Source: Candidatus Limiplasma merdipullorum (GTDB taxonomy: Bacteria > Bacillota > Clostridia > Christensenellales > Aristaeellaceae). From it: DNA of 35,238 nt. The stretch is taken from the NCBI GenBank assembly GCA_018711955.1, contig DVHQ01000243.1, forward strand, positions 1 through 35,238, in the 5' to 3' direction. Within the stretch, counting starts at the first letter, position 1, and every line of letters starts with the position of its first letter. Position numbers and translations under genes: made by a program. Below the pieces are notes generated by a model. It did not search any database and was not told the DNA's origin. It saw only the letters and a program-made list of their open reading frames with translations. Of this stretch, positions 35,020-35,238 are shown one piece after another.

Positions 35020-35238
35020 TTACTGCGCGCCCTGCAAGTACCGCTCGCCCGTGTCCGGCAGCAGTGCGACGATCAGCTTGCCCGCGTTTTCCTCCCGACG
35101 CGCCAGCACCGTCGCCGCGTGCAGCGCCGCGCCGGAGGAGATGCCCGCGAGCACCCCGTCCAGCCGCACCAGCGCCCGCCGGGCCGCGAAGGCTTCCTCA
35201 TCCGTCACGGGGATTACCTCGTCGTAGGCGGAGGTGTT
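35020..35238 (-). CDS. cysK: cysteine synthase A (O-acetylserine sulfhydrylase), 3' part only; the gene continues beyond the window
   Basis: The frame is open to the window edge. The C-terminal sequence [64 protein letters not shown] matches the CysK/PLP-fold-II C-terminus. Confidence 0.85.
   Translation of the reverse strand, partial: NTSAYDEVIPVTDEEAFAARRALVRLDGVLAGISSGAALHAATVLARREENAGKLIVALLPDTGERYLQGAQ

Overview
This is a 35.2-kb chromosomal segment with about 60-65% GC. Signals typical of Firmicutes/Clostridia include GGAGG ribosome-binding sites, a T-box leader, GAAC-N4-GTTC LexA boxes, and YlbJ/YitT/YesMN-type genes, so my inference is a high-GC Clostridia (Oscillospiraceae-like) genome. 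I support about 33 protein-coding genes, mostly housekeeping, transport and cell-envelope functions:
- an amino-acid ABC transporter (SBP, permease, ATPase);
- a long PRPP-synthetase homologue and a YlbJ-like membrane protein;
- a minus-strand envelope operon (M20-like protein, large polytopic GT-C-like protein, 71-aa protein, GtrA);
- pgsA and a GH13 alpha-glycosidase;
- an ECF sigma factor with a putative anti-sigma factor;
- YitT and a MazF toxin with no adjacent antitoxin;
- an SOS-boxed Y-family DNA polymerase;
- T-box-controlled thrS;
- a hexapeptide transferase, an O-antigen-ligase-like protein, and a MATE / ProB-like kinase / small membrane protein operon;
- a phospho-sugar mutase;
- an Fbp/Pot-type ABC transporter linked to a YesM/YesN-type two-component system and deoC;
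- nrdR, an MBL-fold hydrolase, a small DUF-type gene, and the 3' end of cysK.

I found no rRNA, tRNA, CRISPR array, transposase or integrase.

The most interesting signal is a structured non-coding element present in two diverged copies on opposite strands. One copy has its own near-consensus promoter and an intrinsic terminator directly in front of nrdR. The other lies just 3' of thrS. The shared hairpin shows one compensatory base-pair change, and I could not assign the element to any RNA class I know.

Secondary observations:
- the solo MazF;
- an apparent homopolymer frameshift in a small conserved gene;
- a C-terminal remnant of an FAD-dehydrogenase gene that keeps its terminator;
- several unusual gene linkages.

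All family assignments come from motif recognition by eye. No database search was run.
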